Shown piece by piece: positions 39,627-52,164 of a stretch of DNA of 64,000 nucleotides. Every line of letters starts with the position of its first letter. Position 1 is the first letter of the stretch. Origin of the DNA: Eledone cirrhosa (taxonomy: Eukaryota); NCBI GenBank assembly GCA_964016885.1, contig OZ024746.1:10354001-10418000 (forward strand), in the 5' to 3' direction. Below the pieces are notes generated by a model. The model made no database searches and was not told the DNA's origin. It saw only the letters and a program-made list of their open reading frames with translations. A program made the position numbers and the translations under genes.

Positions 39627-41165
39627 AGGGTATGTATAAGTGTGTGATAATAATGATTATAAAAAATCTTGAAATCTAAATATGAAGCCTTGTGCCCCTG
39701 GGTAAAGCAAGCAGCATGTGTTTATAATATTGTAAAAAAAAATTTGTTTCTATCTTTCTTTTCTTTTTTTTTTACCTCACCATTCTCAGCCTATATTTTG
39801 TGCTGCTGATTTTATAACCAGTAATTAGGAAGCAGACAGGCATTAGATATTGTTCTGTTTTTGGTTATTTTTTAAAAGACCAAAAAATATAGATGATTTG
39901 CAAATATTTTTAATCCCTGATAAATACAAGTGTTTTCCTTACAAACATTAAAAATTGAAATTCTTATGTAAAAAAAAAAAAATTCATGAAAGAAAAAAAA
40001 AAACTAAAAAAAGGTACTTGTTGAAGTTTTGATATTTGCTTTATATCCTACAGTATATTTTAACTTTGCAAGGCAATTGGTTTGTATGATCCTGTTGAAT
40101 TATAAGATATTTCGTCAAACTAAGAAATGAAATTTGCCTAATCCTTTCAATTGTTTTAAAAATTTTTTTTTTTTATTGTAATTGTTCTTCAACTAGTTTA
40201 ACCTGTTTGATACCAATCCAGCCAAAACTGGCTCTGGTTCTCTGAAACAAAAACCACCCATTTTGAAGAGTTCCTACTTATATAAAATTATGTTGGAAGA
40301 TTTTAATTTAATAACCATATTTTACTGTCATAGTAATGAAAAAAAAAATTATAATTTTAGTTAATCCCTCAAATTGTTTCCTTAATTAATACAGCCATAA
40401 AAGGGTGAAGAGTAACAAATTTCCTAGGGTGTATAATACTTAAAAACAATTGCTTTACTGGCATTATGTAGCAGTACATTGAAACCAAAGATACATTTTT
40501 ACAAAAGTTATTTTTAATCTTATAAATTAAGGTCTTTCTTATATGTTTTCATGACAAAGTAGAAAAGGGTGCATGGCTTAGTTGTTAGGGCATTTGCCTT
40601 GCAACTGTAAGGTTGTGAGTTTGATTCCTAGTGGCATGTTGTCTTCTTGAGCCCAATACTTTATTTCATGTTGCTCCTTCTGCCAGAGGTTGCAACTGGC
40701 AGATAGTATCAGCAATGACAGTTGACTCCTTTCCTTTCTTTTCCATGATAAAATGACATATTTTCAACAGTTTTTTTTTTTTTTAAACATTTATGAATTA
40801 ATATAAATGAATTTGAGCATCCCATACTCTATTGTGTGTTTGTGGCTCCACAAGTCTTCTTGTGTATTTTGGCTGACAGCTTGTCAGAGCTCAGCATTGC
40901 AAGTCAGTTAACCATGGAATATACTGGGCTGCTCCTGTTTATACTAAAAGTGAATTTTCCCTGTGTTGCCTTTTTACAGCTAAATAGTTAAACTAGGTCT
41001 TCATGAGTTAAGCTGTGACAGAAGAGCACTGGTGATGGTATTGAACCATATTTACATGGTTGTTTCATGTAATAATGAGGTGGATGGTGGTGATAATATT
41101 TGGACGAATTGACATATCTTTCAATTAAAATTTTCAAGTAACAAATGCTAACAATAATATTTTAA

Positions 41166-41207
<42 letters not shown>

Positions 41208-41333
41208 TATATTTCTTATTAAGTATTAAATGCTATAACTAGATTTAGCCTACAAGCGTTGAAACTAAAATGGTATCATTACTACTGCAAGTTATTTTTA
41301 ATTAGCAAAATATTCTAGTCATGTGTATATATG

Positions 41334-41372
<39 letters not shown>

Positions 41373-41865
41373 TACGCACATATATTACAAAAATTAACAA
41401 GAATATTTCACTTTGATGTTCTGATACATATTTTACCATCACTAAGAAAATTTGGTTGGTTAAAACTGCTACAACCCCCCCCCCCCCCAAAACCCATTTA
41501 TGTCTGCTTTTTTGTGTTTATGAATGCGTATAATGAGGTAACAAGTAAGGCCTCTGTACAAATGATACAGGCAATTTTTACCTTTATTTTTTCTTGACAT
41601 GGTTTCATCCTTTATTTTTTTCCAATTTTGGGATTTTTTCTTGTTTTTAATTTTATTTTTCATTACAAACTAAAAGTTATATGTATGATATTGTTCTTGC
41701 CAAATTTCTATTACGTTTTACAATTACATTTTCTGGTTCAAATGATCCATTAACCTAACTGGATCTCTCTCCTATTATTGTAAACTGTTATGATATGTTT
41801 TATTCTCTCTCTCTGTCTGTAAAGGCAAGCAGCAAAAGGATGGCTATAATTTGAAATTTATTTAA

Positions 41866-42086
41866 CCCTTTAGCATTTACATTACTCTATATTTACTAAT
41901 ATATTTTCACGGTAAAGGCTTGACTTCACATAATTCTCTCACATAATATGAAATCTATGAGATTTTGATATCATTTATTTTGAGAAAAATATCTTAACAT
42001 CAGTATGAGGGGCCGGTTATGGTCGGTTTGAACAGAAAGAGGTGTGGGAATTATGGCCGGATACTGGCAGTTTAAATGCTAAAGGG
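41866..42086. mobile_element. TTAA-flanked MITE family A copy (opposite orientation to 7179-7387)
   Basis: TTAA|ccctttagcattta...taaatgctaaaggg|TTAA. Confidence 0.85.
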
Positions 42087-43890
42087 TTAAAAAGTTTTCT
42101 ACAAGGAGGTAGAGATGGGCTTTTTCTATGAGGTAACAAACAACACTCAACATGCTTGCTGTTATCATCTCAAAAACTACATTCTACCACATGTTTATAT
42201 ATTTATATATATATATATATATAGCATAAGCTGAAAATGCACACAGTTACTTAACATGAAAAGATAAATACATCATTACCTCATCAGCCACCTATCTATC
42301 AGTGCGGTTGTGTACATTAAGTTGGTGCAATATCACCTTAATGTGCAAAACTGCGCTGCCAGCAAGGTGGTTGATGAGGTAATGATGCATTTGAGTGTTT
42401 GTGTTATGTGACTGCGTGCATTTTCTGCTGATACAATATTCATATGTATATATATATATATGTGTGTGTGTGCGTGTGTATATATATATATACTGTATCA
42501 TACAAATTTACACTGTTTATGCTTCATACTTTTATTGGTGTTAACTTCCTATTTCCATACCTTGGATTTTTTTATATACACAAAATTCATGATTTAACTA
42601 TAAGATATTGAATTACCAGTCTTCACCTGAATATTTGGCAGTTGTGTCCCATTTACAAGCATCCATAAATATCTCTATATGTGTGTGTGTGTGTGAATAT
42701 ATACATTTATAAATGTGTGTGTATATATGTGTGTTGACACAGACACATGCTATCCTGGAAATATAGATGTTAAATAATAATGATGAAGATACCAAATGAA
42801 TCATTATATCTATATGTGTGTCTGTCTGTGTGTGTGTGTATATATATATAATACACATGTATGTATATTCATTTATAGACATTACATAATGGAATCTCAA
42901 GCTTAACTCATTTACTGACCAAGCTCTTCTATTATCTTGTTCAAATTCAAATATCTATTGTGTATACAAGTAACCATCATTTCGCCCTCAGTGTTTGAAC
43001 TACTTTTTTTTTACTTTGCATGTGTGTATATCTACAATTGAATCATGTGTAAAACAATTATATGTATCAACCATCTCTTTCTCTCATTTGCTTACACAGA
43101 GAGGGAGACAATTCTGAGTGTGCATGTGTGTATATATGCATATATATATATATATATATATATATAAATCTTCATCAGTCTATGTATGTTTATAAGCCTT
43201 TATATATACATATATATATATATTACATGTGTGTGTGTGTATACTATATATATATATTACGTGTGTGTGTAATATATATATATATTACATGTATATATTA
43301 CATATGTGGTGTGCATGTGAGTGATGGAAGTGTTTGTCATTTTCTTAAGCTGTTGTAATTTATTTAGAGACTTGTAATTCCAAAACATGCTATGATTCAT
43401 TGTTAAAGTAAATTATTTCTATTTAGATAACTGCATAACTTAACAAATTTTTGCAATCATTTTCATAAACCAATTGACTTTTGGCAGTATGCCTCATCTG
43501 AAATATTGATTAATGATATATTAGCCGGATTCTACTCTACGAATTATCTTTCATTGTTCTTCACATCTATTTCAAAATAGTACTGATCATGTTGATGATA
43601 ATGATGATGATAAAACAATAATAATAATAATAATAACTTTGAAGATAATAATGATAAAGGAAAAAGTCTTGTAATATAAATCTGAAGCCTTGTTGTACCC
43701 CGTTGGGTAAAAAGCAAGCGGCATGTGTTTGTAATCTTTAATTGTAAAAAGATTGTTTCCATTTTTATTTGTACTACCAACCATCAGCCTATATTTTGAG
43801 CTGTTGCTTCTGTAAATATCTGTAAATATGTAATTTGTTTAACTGTAACTGAAAGAAAAAAAAAAAAAAAGCAAACAAAAACAACAATTG

Positions 43891-43896
43891 AATAAA
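43891..43896 (+). terminator. Candidate distal polyadenylation signal of Rab40
   Basis: AATAAA after a tgtaaata/tgtaa-rich, 3'UTR-like stretch, followed by a CA and a U/GU-rich tract. A proximal AATAAA lies at 29539-29544. Confidence 0.35.
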
Positions 43897-45270
43897 AATT
43901 TAGTACCACAACAATTTCTTTACAAATATTTTTATTTGCATGTGTTCTTATTTTTTCTTAATTTCTAATGAAAGAGTTAGCAGGTGATTAATTTGACAGA
44001 ACCATTAGCATGTTGGATATTTTTCTGGCTCTCAGAATTTTAAGGTCATATCTTGCCAAGGCAGGATTGCTAAAATGTCGAGTGTGATGTCTTTAGGTAC
44101 CTCATTGCATTCTGAGCTCACCTGTGACATCCCTGGTGCCAAGTATATAGATCCTTACCTTTCTTTTGGTACCTTATTTATTGGCTTCAAAAGAATGAAA
44201 AGAACAACTGATCTTCGTGGCCCAGTGTACAGAATGCTGGAACAAATATCATGAGGTACTTAATCCAGCTCTGTAACAATTCTGCAAATTGGCAACCATT
44301 GTATTTATTGATATAACAGTGTTTCATACAGAATTTAACCCTTTACCATTCACATTACTCTATATATACTATTATATTTTCATGGTAAAGGTTTTACCTT
44401 GCATAATTATCTCACATAATATCGAATCTGAGATTTTGAGAACAATCCCTTGAGCGACCAGTTACAGCTAGTTTCAACAGAAAGAGGTTTGAACATTAAA
44501 GGGTTTTACATTACAATTTTTTGTCTCAAAAATACTCTCATTGCAGCAAAGTAAAGGTAAAATCTGAAATATAAAGTTATTTAAATATCATCATATTATG
44601 ATGGTGATGAGTCCCCCTTCACTCATGGCTGATCTGGAAAGTTTCTTTCCAAGGTGCAAGGTGTTTGCTGGAAGACCAGCATTTGCCCATACATGCAAGT
44701 CTTCTCTCTATGTCACCAATGTTGTCCAAGGGAAATGCTCATGTCAATACAGTTTGATACCTGGGAGGTTTCAACTGAACTTAGAATGCAAGATATGAAA
44801 GAGCATATAAGGTATGCATGCTACACTTTAACAGTTCTGCCAATCCAATATGATATTATATAGCTTACTAAATAATTGCTGGCTTCAAACTAATGAAATT
44901 CAGTTTGACTGACAGGATATCAATTTCATATACAACCAGCTGCTAGTTTATATAGTGAAGCATTGTTATTTAATTTTCTTCCAGACCGGTGTTATTTTAC
45001 ATGAGGTAAGTACTATTGCTTTCTTTGTGGACATGTGTGGCACAAGGCCAAACATATTCCATTGTCGTATGATGATGGTATCTTGTAGATTACTCAGCCG
45101 AGCCCATTCCATGATCATCTCATTTGTGATATGATCTATGCATATCAGGTAGAATGAGCAACGTGAAATAAAGTGCTCAAGGACATAACGCATCGCCCGG
45201 TCCAGGAATCGAACTCACAACCTCACAATTATGAATCCAATTCTCTTACCTTTCAGCCACACACATTATT

Positions 45271-45303
<33 letters not shown>

Positions 45304-46372
45304 AGGCTACAAAATGTCCTGCAATGAGGCTTTAGCATTAATGTGCATACACCTCAGAAGCAAAATGCATCAGTAATTATTTAAATGTACAGTTGACCAC
45401 CACTTGTATAGTTCTAAATCTAATTCTGTGCAGTAAGATTACATTTTGTGTGAAATACTATGTGTTTACGTAGTAAATGATAGTTAAAAGACTACCTATT
45501 ACAAATGCTTCTCAAACTCAGAGAATATCAAACATAAGGTCATAGCACTTGTCTCAAAGATTTGGGCAATTCTAAAATTTTTTTAAAATCTGAAATGCAC
45601 ACTTAAAATTTTCTACAGAAATAATATGCTGCTACAAAAGGAACTTCAAACAAAAGGAACTTCAAACATCACTGGTGACACCTCGCTATATTATACTAAA
45701 AGAAGAGAAATATATAGAAATATATTTTTGTAAATAAGACAATAGAACCGTGTGCAAATGGAAGCACCAATTGAAACAAGTTTTAAATCTCCGAAGCCGT
45801 TTATGAAAGTATTGAAGAAAAGAAAACACACTTCGATCTTCCGACGTGGAAGAGGCTCCTATCAGAAGAAACCTTCACCGAATCATCATTTTTCTTACCT
45901 GTTGTACAAACCTGTCTAAACACAGAACACTGCACAAACATTCTAAAAGTTCTATAGAGTTATGAAATAATACATATGAATAAGCCATAGATGACGAACA
46001 TCATTAAGTAATGTCAGTTTCATGAGGAGATAAAACGCCTCCATCCTTTTGAAGGAGAAAAAAACAAAAAAAACAATGAGTATAAATCCTGGAAAACTGT
46101 AAGTCTGGTATTGGGGGAAAAAAAAAAAATCACAAGGGATTGACACTTCAAATTCACTATTCTCCTTTTACTTTGCTCCACTTTTCAAATTAAATGACAC
46201 GACTGTTCAGTTATATTCAAATATTGTAGGCGCGTCCATTGAGAATATCGTTACATTGTTTGCGAAAATGTAAAACAAATCTTTATATCCCAGACAGAAA
46301 TGTTGACTTTTATTTCTAGATACTTTTTTTATATAATTGTCTGCTGGTGGATTTTGTATTTCTCTCTATATC

Positions 46373-49300
46373 TAACAAGAGGAAGGCAACAACAACAACA
46401 GTGTCATTAACAACAACAACTCTACCATTAACAAGAGGAAGCCAACCCCAGCATCAGTGACTCACCACCAGCCACTAGGTCCTATGACAAACTGCTCAGT
46501 TGCTCGCATGTGTGCGTGCTGAACTCTGGGTCTTTCTGCTGGGAACAACCCCGTGTTTTCTCCCCCCCCCTTTTTTTGTGTACATCCATCCATCCATTCA
46601 CTCATTCATTTACTGCCATTCTACCTTCCTGTGTCTCCCCCTCCATGCAGCCCCTTTTCGTTCTCGTTTTCTAACACCTCCATATATATAGGTGACCTAT
46701 GTTGCCCTCTTACCAGCACTCTCCCTTCCACCCACACACGCCAGCCACCCACCCCTGATGCCGCTCGGTGCCTCAGTCCCTGGCCCCAAGCCCCATCCCC
46801 CACCCCTCCAAATCGACACCTGCAGCACTTGCGGCACCACTAACAAATGGAAGAGGGGCCGGAACTGTTTGGGGTGCGGCTGCTTCCACCACCTCACCTG
46901 TGTTAGCTTGACTCGTCGAGCTTCCAATGCCCTCGCAGCGTGGAGGTGCAGGAGCTGCCTCTTCCCCACATCTTCCCAGCCACGGCCGTCTGGCACACCA
47001 CCAGGTGAGACAGTGAGCTTGCCTGACGGCCGAGTCTCGCTGGTCAACATCGCTCGGCTCAGGCGGCTCCGGAAGATCCCACTCAGGATCCCGAGAGTGG
47101 CACGGGTGCCGGTAGCCGATGCCCTCGCTTCCTCGATTGAGAGCGCCCTGGACTCCAATTGAGCCAGTGACTGGGAGTGGCTGTTCTATTTTGCCCCACT
47201 CGCCCTCGGCCTCCCCAGCTCTGGCACTGACCGGGGCGGCTGGTCAACAGCAGCCTTCGTCAAGGCCAATGTCTCATCATTTGGGCGAGCGCCCATTCCA
47301 AGTGTGCCCAGGGACACCACACACCCACCCTCAAGTACCCCCTATCCTCCACCCCCGAGGCCAGTGCCAAGCGTTTGCGTGACCAGGTAAACGCAAAGCT
47401 TATCATGGGTGATGTCTCGGCCGCAGTCAGAGTTGTTGCCTCAGAGGACACTGTCCTCCAACCCACCGAGGAATCCTGGCTGCTCTGTGGCTCAAACACC
47501 CTGAGCCACCCACTGATCTCAGACCCATATCCCCACCTAACCCCCACTTGCTCCTTGTGGCTACTGATGCAGATATCATGTCCGCCATCAGGTCCTTCCC
47601 AGCTAGCAGCTGCGGAGGTGTTGATGGTCTCCGACCAGGCCACCTCAAGGAGTTGACATCCCACCTCTCCGCTGAGGCCAGGCACCGCCTTCTGAGTGCA
47701 ATTCTGGCGCTCACCAATAGGCTCATTCATGGTGCCCTCGACCCTTACGCCTGAGGCCTCTTTTTTTCGGCCAGCCTCAGGAAGTCTTCACCGCTCTCAG
47801 GAAGAAAGAGAGTGACATACGCCCCATTGCTGTGGGCAATGTCTTCCAGAGGCTGGCTGCCAAGGTGGTCTGCAAGTCCATCACACACGAACTGGGTGAG
47901 GAGTTTAGTCCGGTGCAACTGGGTGTCGGCGTGTCCAGTGGCTGTGAGGGAGTCGCTCATGCAATCAGGCAGTTCTTCAGCAGCTGCCCATCGGTACCGG
48001 CATCCAGGGACTCCAGGCACCTCATTGTCAAGCTTGACATGAGGAATGCCTTTAACTCTTTACGCCGCGATCATCTGCTCGAGGCCTGCCTCAGCCGAGC
48101 CCCCTCTGCCTACCCGCTGGCCTACCTGTCATATGGAGCCTCGAGCATGCTCCTAGCTGCTGATACGGCCATACCCTCGGCTACTGGGGTCCAACAGGGC
48201 GACCCTTTGGGACCCTTCCTGTTCGCCCTTGGTATTGATCACATCGCCCGGAGTATCATGACCCCTCTCAACGTTTGGTATCTGGATGATGCTACGTTGG
48301 GCAGGCCCGTACGAACGGTCTGCCAAGACCTTCAATCGGTGATTCCTGCCCTGGCGGGAATCGGCCTCCAGGTCAACTCGGCCAAGTTGGAGATGGTGAA
48401 CATCAGCCTCGATACTGCGAGCTTTGCAGCCTCCGTCTTGGACGTGCGGTCCATTCTCCGCCGGGTTCAGGTGACCCGACCCCCAAAGAGGATGTCCTCA
48501 TCCTCGGGTCACCGATCCACCCGCCCACCATCAGGTCCAGGCTTCAACAGCTCCAGACTCTCACGAGCCGATTGGGCGTGATTGACGGCCACCCAGCTCT
48601 CTTTCTGCTGAGGAACTGCTTCGCCATGCCAAAGCTCCTCTATAAACTCCGCAGTGCTCCGTGCTACACCCAGACATCTCTCCTCGCTGACCTCGATACT
48701 TGTATCCAAGCAGCAGCCGAGGCGATATGCAACATCAAGTTTGAGGACATAGGGTAGCAATAGGCCACTTTACCGGTCAGGTATGGTGGCCTTGGCCTCC
48801 GGTCCCCGATCTCACTAGCTTTGCCGGCATATCTTTCGTCGGTAACCTCGTGCCGCGTCCTCGTCAGCAGGGTTCTTCAAAACACAACAGAACCCTCTGT
48901 GTTCAGAGAACGTGAGGCCGCCTGTGAGATGTGGGACTTAGCCCAGTAGATGTCCCTCCTCCTTCTCCCCTTGTTGACGTCAAGTCCCCCCAAAGCACTT
49001 GGGATGCCATCCAGTGCAGCCTGGCCTCGGACAGGCTCACGCGCAAGCTCAACCAGCACCGCCTTGCTTGTTTTCGTGCTCTCATGCCCTGCCCTCCTTC
49101 TCCACTGGCACGCAGCTAGACAACCATAGCCTGCGAATCGGCGTTTCCCTGAGGCTCGGCCTCTGGATCTGCTAGCCACACCAATGTCACTGCGGTACCA
49201 CCGTGGACTCTTTCGGCCTCCACCCGCTTTCCTGTCGCCACAGTGCCAGCCGCATTCCACGCCATGCTGCCCTCAACGAGCTCATTAAGCATGGCTTGGA

Positions 49301-49757
49301 CGCTGCAGGCTTCCCTTCCCAGCTCGAGCCGGTGGGGCTGGATCGAGGGGACGGCAAAAGGCCAGATGACATGACCATTTTCCCGTTCTGCGGTGGCAAA
49401 GCCCTCGTCTGGGATGCCACTTGCACCGACACTTCCTGCAGCCGCAACCTGGTGCAGTCTGCGACTGACCCAGGTTCTGCTGCACATCGGGCTGAGGGGG
49501 CCAAACTCCTCAAATACCGGTCGCTCTCCGACAGGTTTGCGGTCATTCCCCTGGCAGTGGAGACTTCTGGTGTCCTCGGCCCCAGGGCTACCTCCTTACT
49601 CACAACCCTAGGCGTTGAGCTGGCCAGCCGTAGGTGTGAGCCCCGCGAGTTGGAGTGGCTTTTCCAGCGCGTCTCCCTTGCCGTCCTCTGGGGAAACGCC
49701 TTCTCCATTCTGTCCGCCGGGGCTGTGGGTGGGCCCCATCGTGTACCAATACATTAG
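46373..49757 (+). mobile_element. CRE-clade non-LTR retrotransposon (PHD finger - RT - zinc knuckle - restriction-like endonuclease), degraded
   Basis: GC-rich island. Stitched ORF fragments give a PHD (CSTC...CLGC..H..C...WRCRSC), RIPRVAR, SFPASSCGGVDGLRPGHLKEL, RPIAVGNVFQRLAAK, KLDMRNAFNS, GVQQGDPLGPFLF, WYLDD, ATLPVRYGGLGLR, CHCGTTVDSFGLHPLSC, RHAALN, RPD..I...GKALVWDATC, KLLKY and PLAVETSG. Several frameshifts and in-frame stops. The 5' boundary is uncertain. Confidence 0.9.
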
Positions 49758-51471
49758 TTAAATACCATTCTTCCACAGAGACTAGTGAGGGCCTCCCTCA
49801 AATGGAAGCCAGAGATACCCATCAAAACCTGGTTGAGATATGTGGAGAAAGACTGGGAAATGTGGAGCAGGCCCATGGCAGGGCTTGTGACTGTGTGGAA
49901 AGGAGATCTCTCATCACCCAATGTTCTAAAAGAAACTAAAGAGCTGTTTGTAGTTCAATTTATGAGGCACTCAACACCTGAATTGCTATTTGTCAATAAC
50001 CAAGTCCCGAGTCATCTTTTTATAAGATGCAGGCTGATTTTCCAGGACATTTTGGGCTGGGAAAAGTATACCTTATAAGCTATCAAGTACAGTAATTAAT
50101 TATTAACAGTCCACCACAGCATCAAGGGTACTTTTGAATTTTTCCCACTGATCAATCATTGCCCAGGCCTTAGACACCCCAGAAATCAATGGAGCTCGCT
50201 GCAAAGTTCATATTCTGACTAATTTTTCACCTTCAATTTAAGGCGCATTATGAAACATTAGAGGTTGTGTTTTTAACAAGTTTCATTTGTACCCTTGATA
50301 CTGTTGCGGACTATAAAAAAAAGAAGGAAAGGAGCTGATAATCAGAACTGACCATGGAGACTTATGTTTCTATTGATCTTTCTATTGGTGATGCTGGCTG
50401 CTTCTCACAACTTATAATTTAAAGGTTTCTTTTAGTTATTTTTTTTTATTTTTGTATTTTTGTTAATTAGAAATAAATAAAGGTATATGTTTTGTAAGGA
50501 TAGTGTAAAATATAACTGGTTAGGCAAACATTTCTAATCTCTTCTCACTTGTAAATTAAGCATTAATTGAAAAGTCAAAAAGACAATGTAAACATGGTTA
50601 AAAATAAGACATTACTTAATAACAGAATCCTCAAATACCAGAAAGCACCAGGGATAAGTCATTGCTTGATATGTTTATAAAGAATATGGAGAAACCTAAT
50701 ATTATCTATCACAAAAGTGATGTGAATGAGATTTATATCAGACTAAATGAATAGACCTTAAGGTAACTGTGTGAGGAGTTGAGGAATGGATTACTGAGAT
50801 AACTGAAATTCAATTTTACTTACTTCAGTGATGTAATTAGTACTTTGGGTTGAAATGAAGATAGCAGTATGTGTAGGGTCTGAAGCTGTGAAACATTCAA
50901 AATGCTGCTGTTTTATTTGGCAACAAAAGTTGTTCTTTCTTTTAGCTAGATTATATATAAAATAAGAATTGTAATGTTTATAAAGTAGAGGAATTTGCTG
51001 ATTTATCGGTTGAATAGGACCAAATATCTAGTATGTTGGATGTCTAATGCTAACTTTCAAAATATCTTGTTGCTGTTTTTTTGGGTTTTACCCTTTCCTT
51101 ACTACATCATCATCATCATCATTTAACACTTATTTTCCAAGCTAGCATGGGTTAGGCGAGTTGTCCCATTTGAGGTAAGTCAGGTCAGGTGACTGTCTTG
51201 CTCATACACAACTGTTTCTGGCTTGGTTTTTATGGCTGGATGCCTTTCCTAATGCCAACCATATTTAGAGTGTGGACTGGGTGCTTTTTGTCATGGCACC
51301 AACACGACCACTTTACAGTGTGGACTGGGGTGGGTGGGTGTAAAGGTGTGGAAAAAATCGGAAAAATTTAATAAAATGCCTAACATTTTCATTAGTAAGT
51401 TGTTGTTTGAAACATCTTTTAACAAATTATGATAGAAACTTTAATATAAATATGATCACTTTAAAATAAAT

Positions 51472-51750
51472 GGAGGCGCATGGCCTAGTGGTAAGACTGT
51501 TTGACTTACAATCATGATATCATGGGTTCGATTCCTGGACTGGGTTGTGTGTCGTGTTCTTGAGCAAAACACTTCATTTCATGTTGCTCCAGTATACTGA
51601 ATTGAAAACGAGTACCAGCAATAGCTAGGGGATTAACCCTGTGATGAACTGATGTCCTGTCCAGGGGGAAGTCTTTTACTCTCTCTCTTCCCGCCATGAA
51701 ACCAGGATAAGCACTGGCCTGATAAGCCTCTTGGCTTGAGACAGACTTTA
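51472..51750 (+). mobile_element. tRNA-derived SINE with V-domain-like core (also ~29717-30000, ~36015-36278; partial at 33012, 34405-34553 minus, 40568, 45150-45262 minus)
   Basis: Head tggcctagtggtaag...ggttcgattcc; core aaccctgtgatgaactgatgtcctgtccaggg; tail gaaaccaggataagc...cctgat(g/a)agcctc..ggcttgagacagacttta shared among copies. The V-domain assignment is from memory. Confidence 0.7.
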
Positions 51751-52164
51751 AAATAGGTATTGTAAGTTGATGGGCATTAGACTTACAACCAGCTGAAAGG
51801 AAACTGTGCATGTCTTTTACACACATAGCATCCAGCCCAGGATAGGGTGGGGGCGTTTTTCATGATAGGATTGGGGCCCCTACCATTATAATACCCACAA
51901 AATTTTCTATGAGATACAACCTCGTATAAGACCAGTTAAATCTGCATGGATGTGAGCTGTAAATTTTGTTCTCCAAATACTAAACTAAACTCTGCCTATT
52001 TATCCCTTTCTGGAATTACAAATCCCTGTTCATTTCTTTTTTACTACATACTTCAACCCACAAAAATATTCAACTGTCTGGACACTTCCCCTCTTCCTTT
52101 AACTAAAGGCTTCACTATTCACTAGGCTGAAGAGGTAAAACTGTCAAAGTATTAGCCACACTCA

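Noticed and set aside
39680-39720. SECIS element in the duplicated module (ATGAA...AAA)
   Set aside because: No 3' GA of the kink-turn quartet at the right spacing, and the Rab40 CDS has no in-frame UGA.
46441-46560. HDV-like ribozyme in the CRE 5' region
   Set aside because: Could not assign P1/P2/P3 or the catalytic junction by eye.
47160-47162. In-frame TGA in the CRE ORF as programmed readthrough or Sec
   Set aside because: The element has several other stops and frameshifts; CGA>TGA decay is the simpler explanation.
46697-49708. Long antisense and alternate-frame ORFs over the CRE element (and 21245..22356 minus over the RTE)
   Set aside because: Shadows of GC-rich coding sequence with no recognisable motifs.
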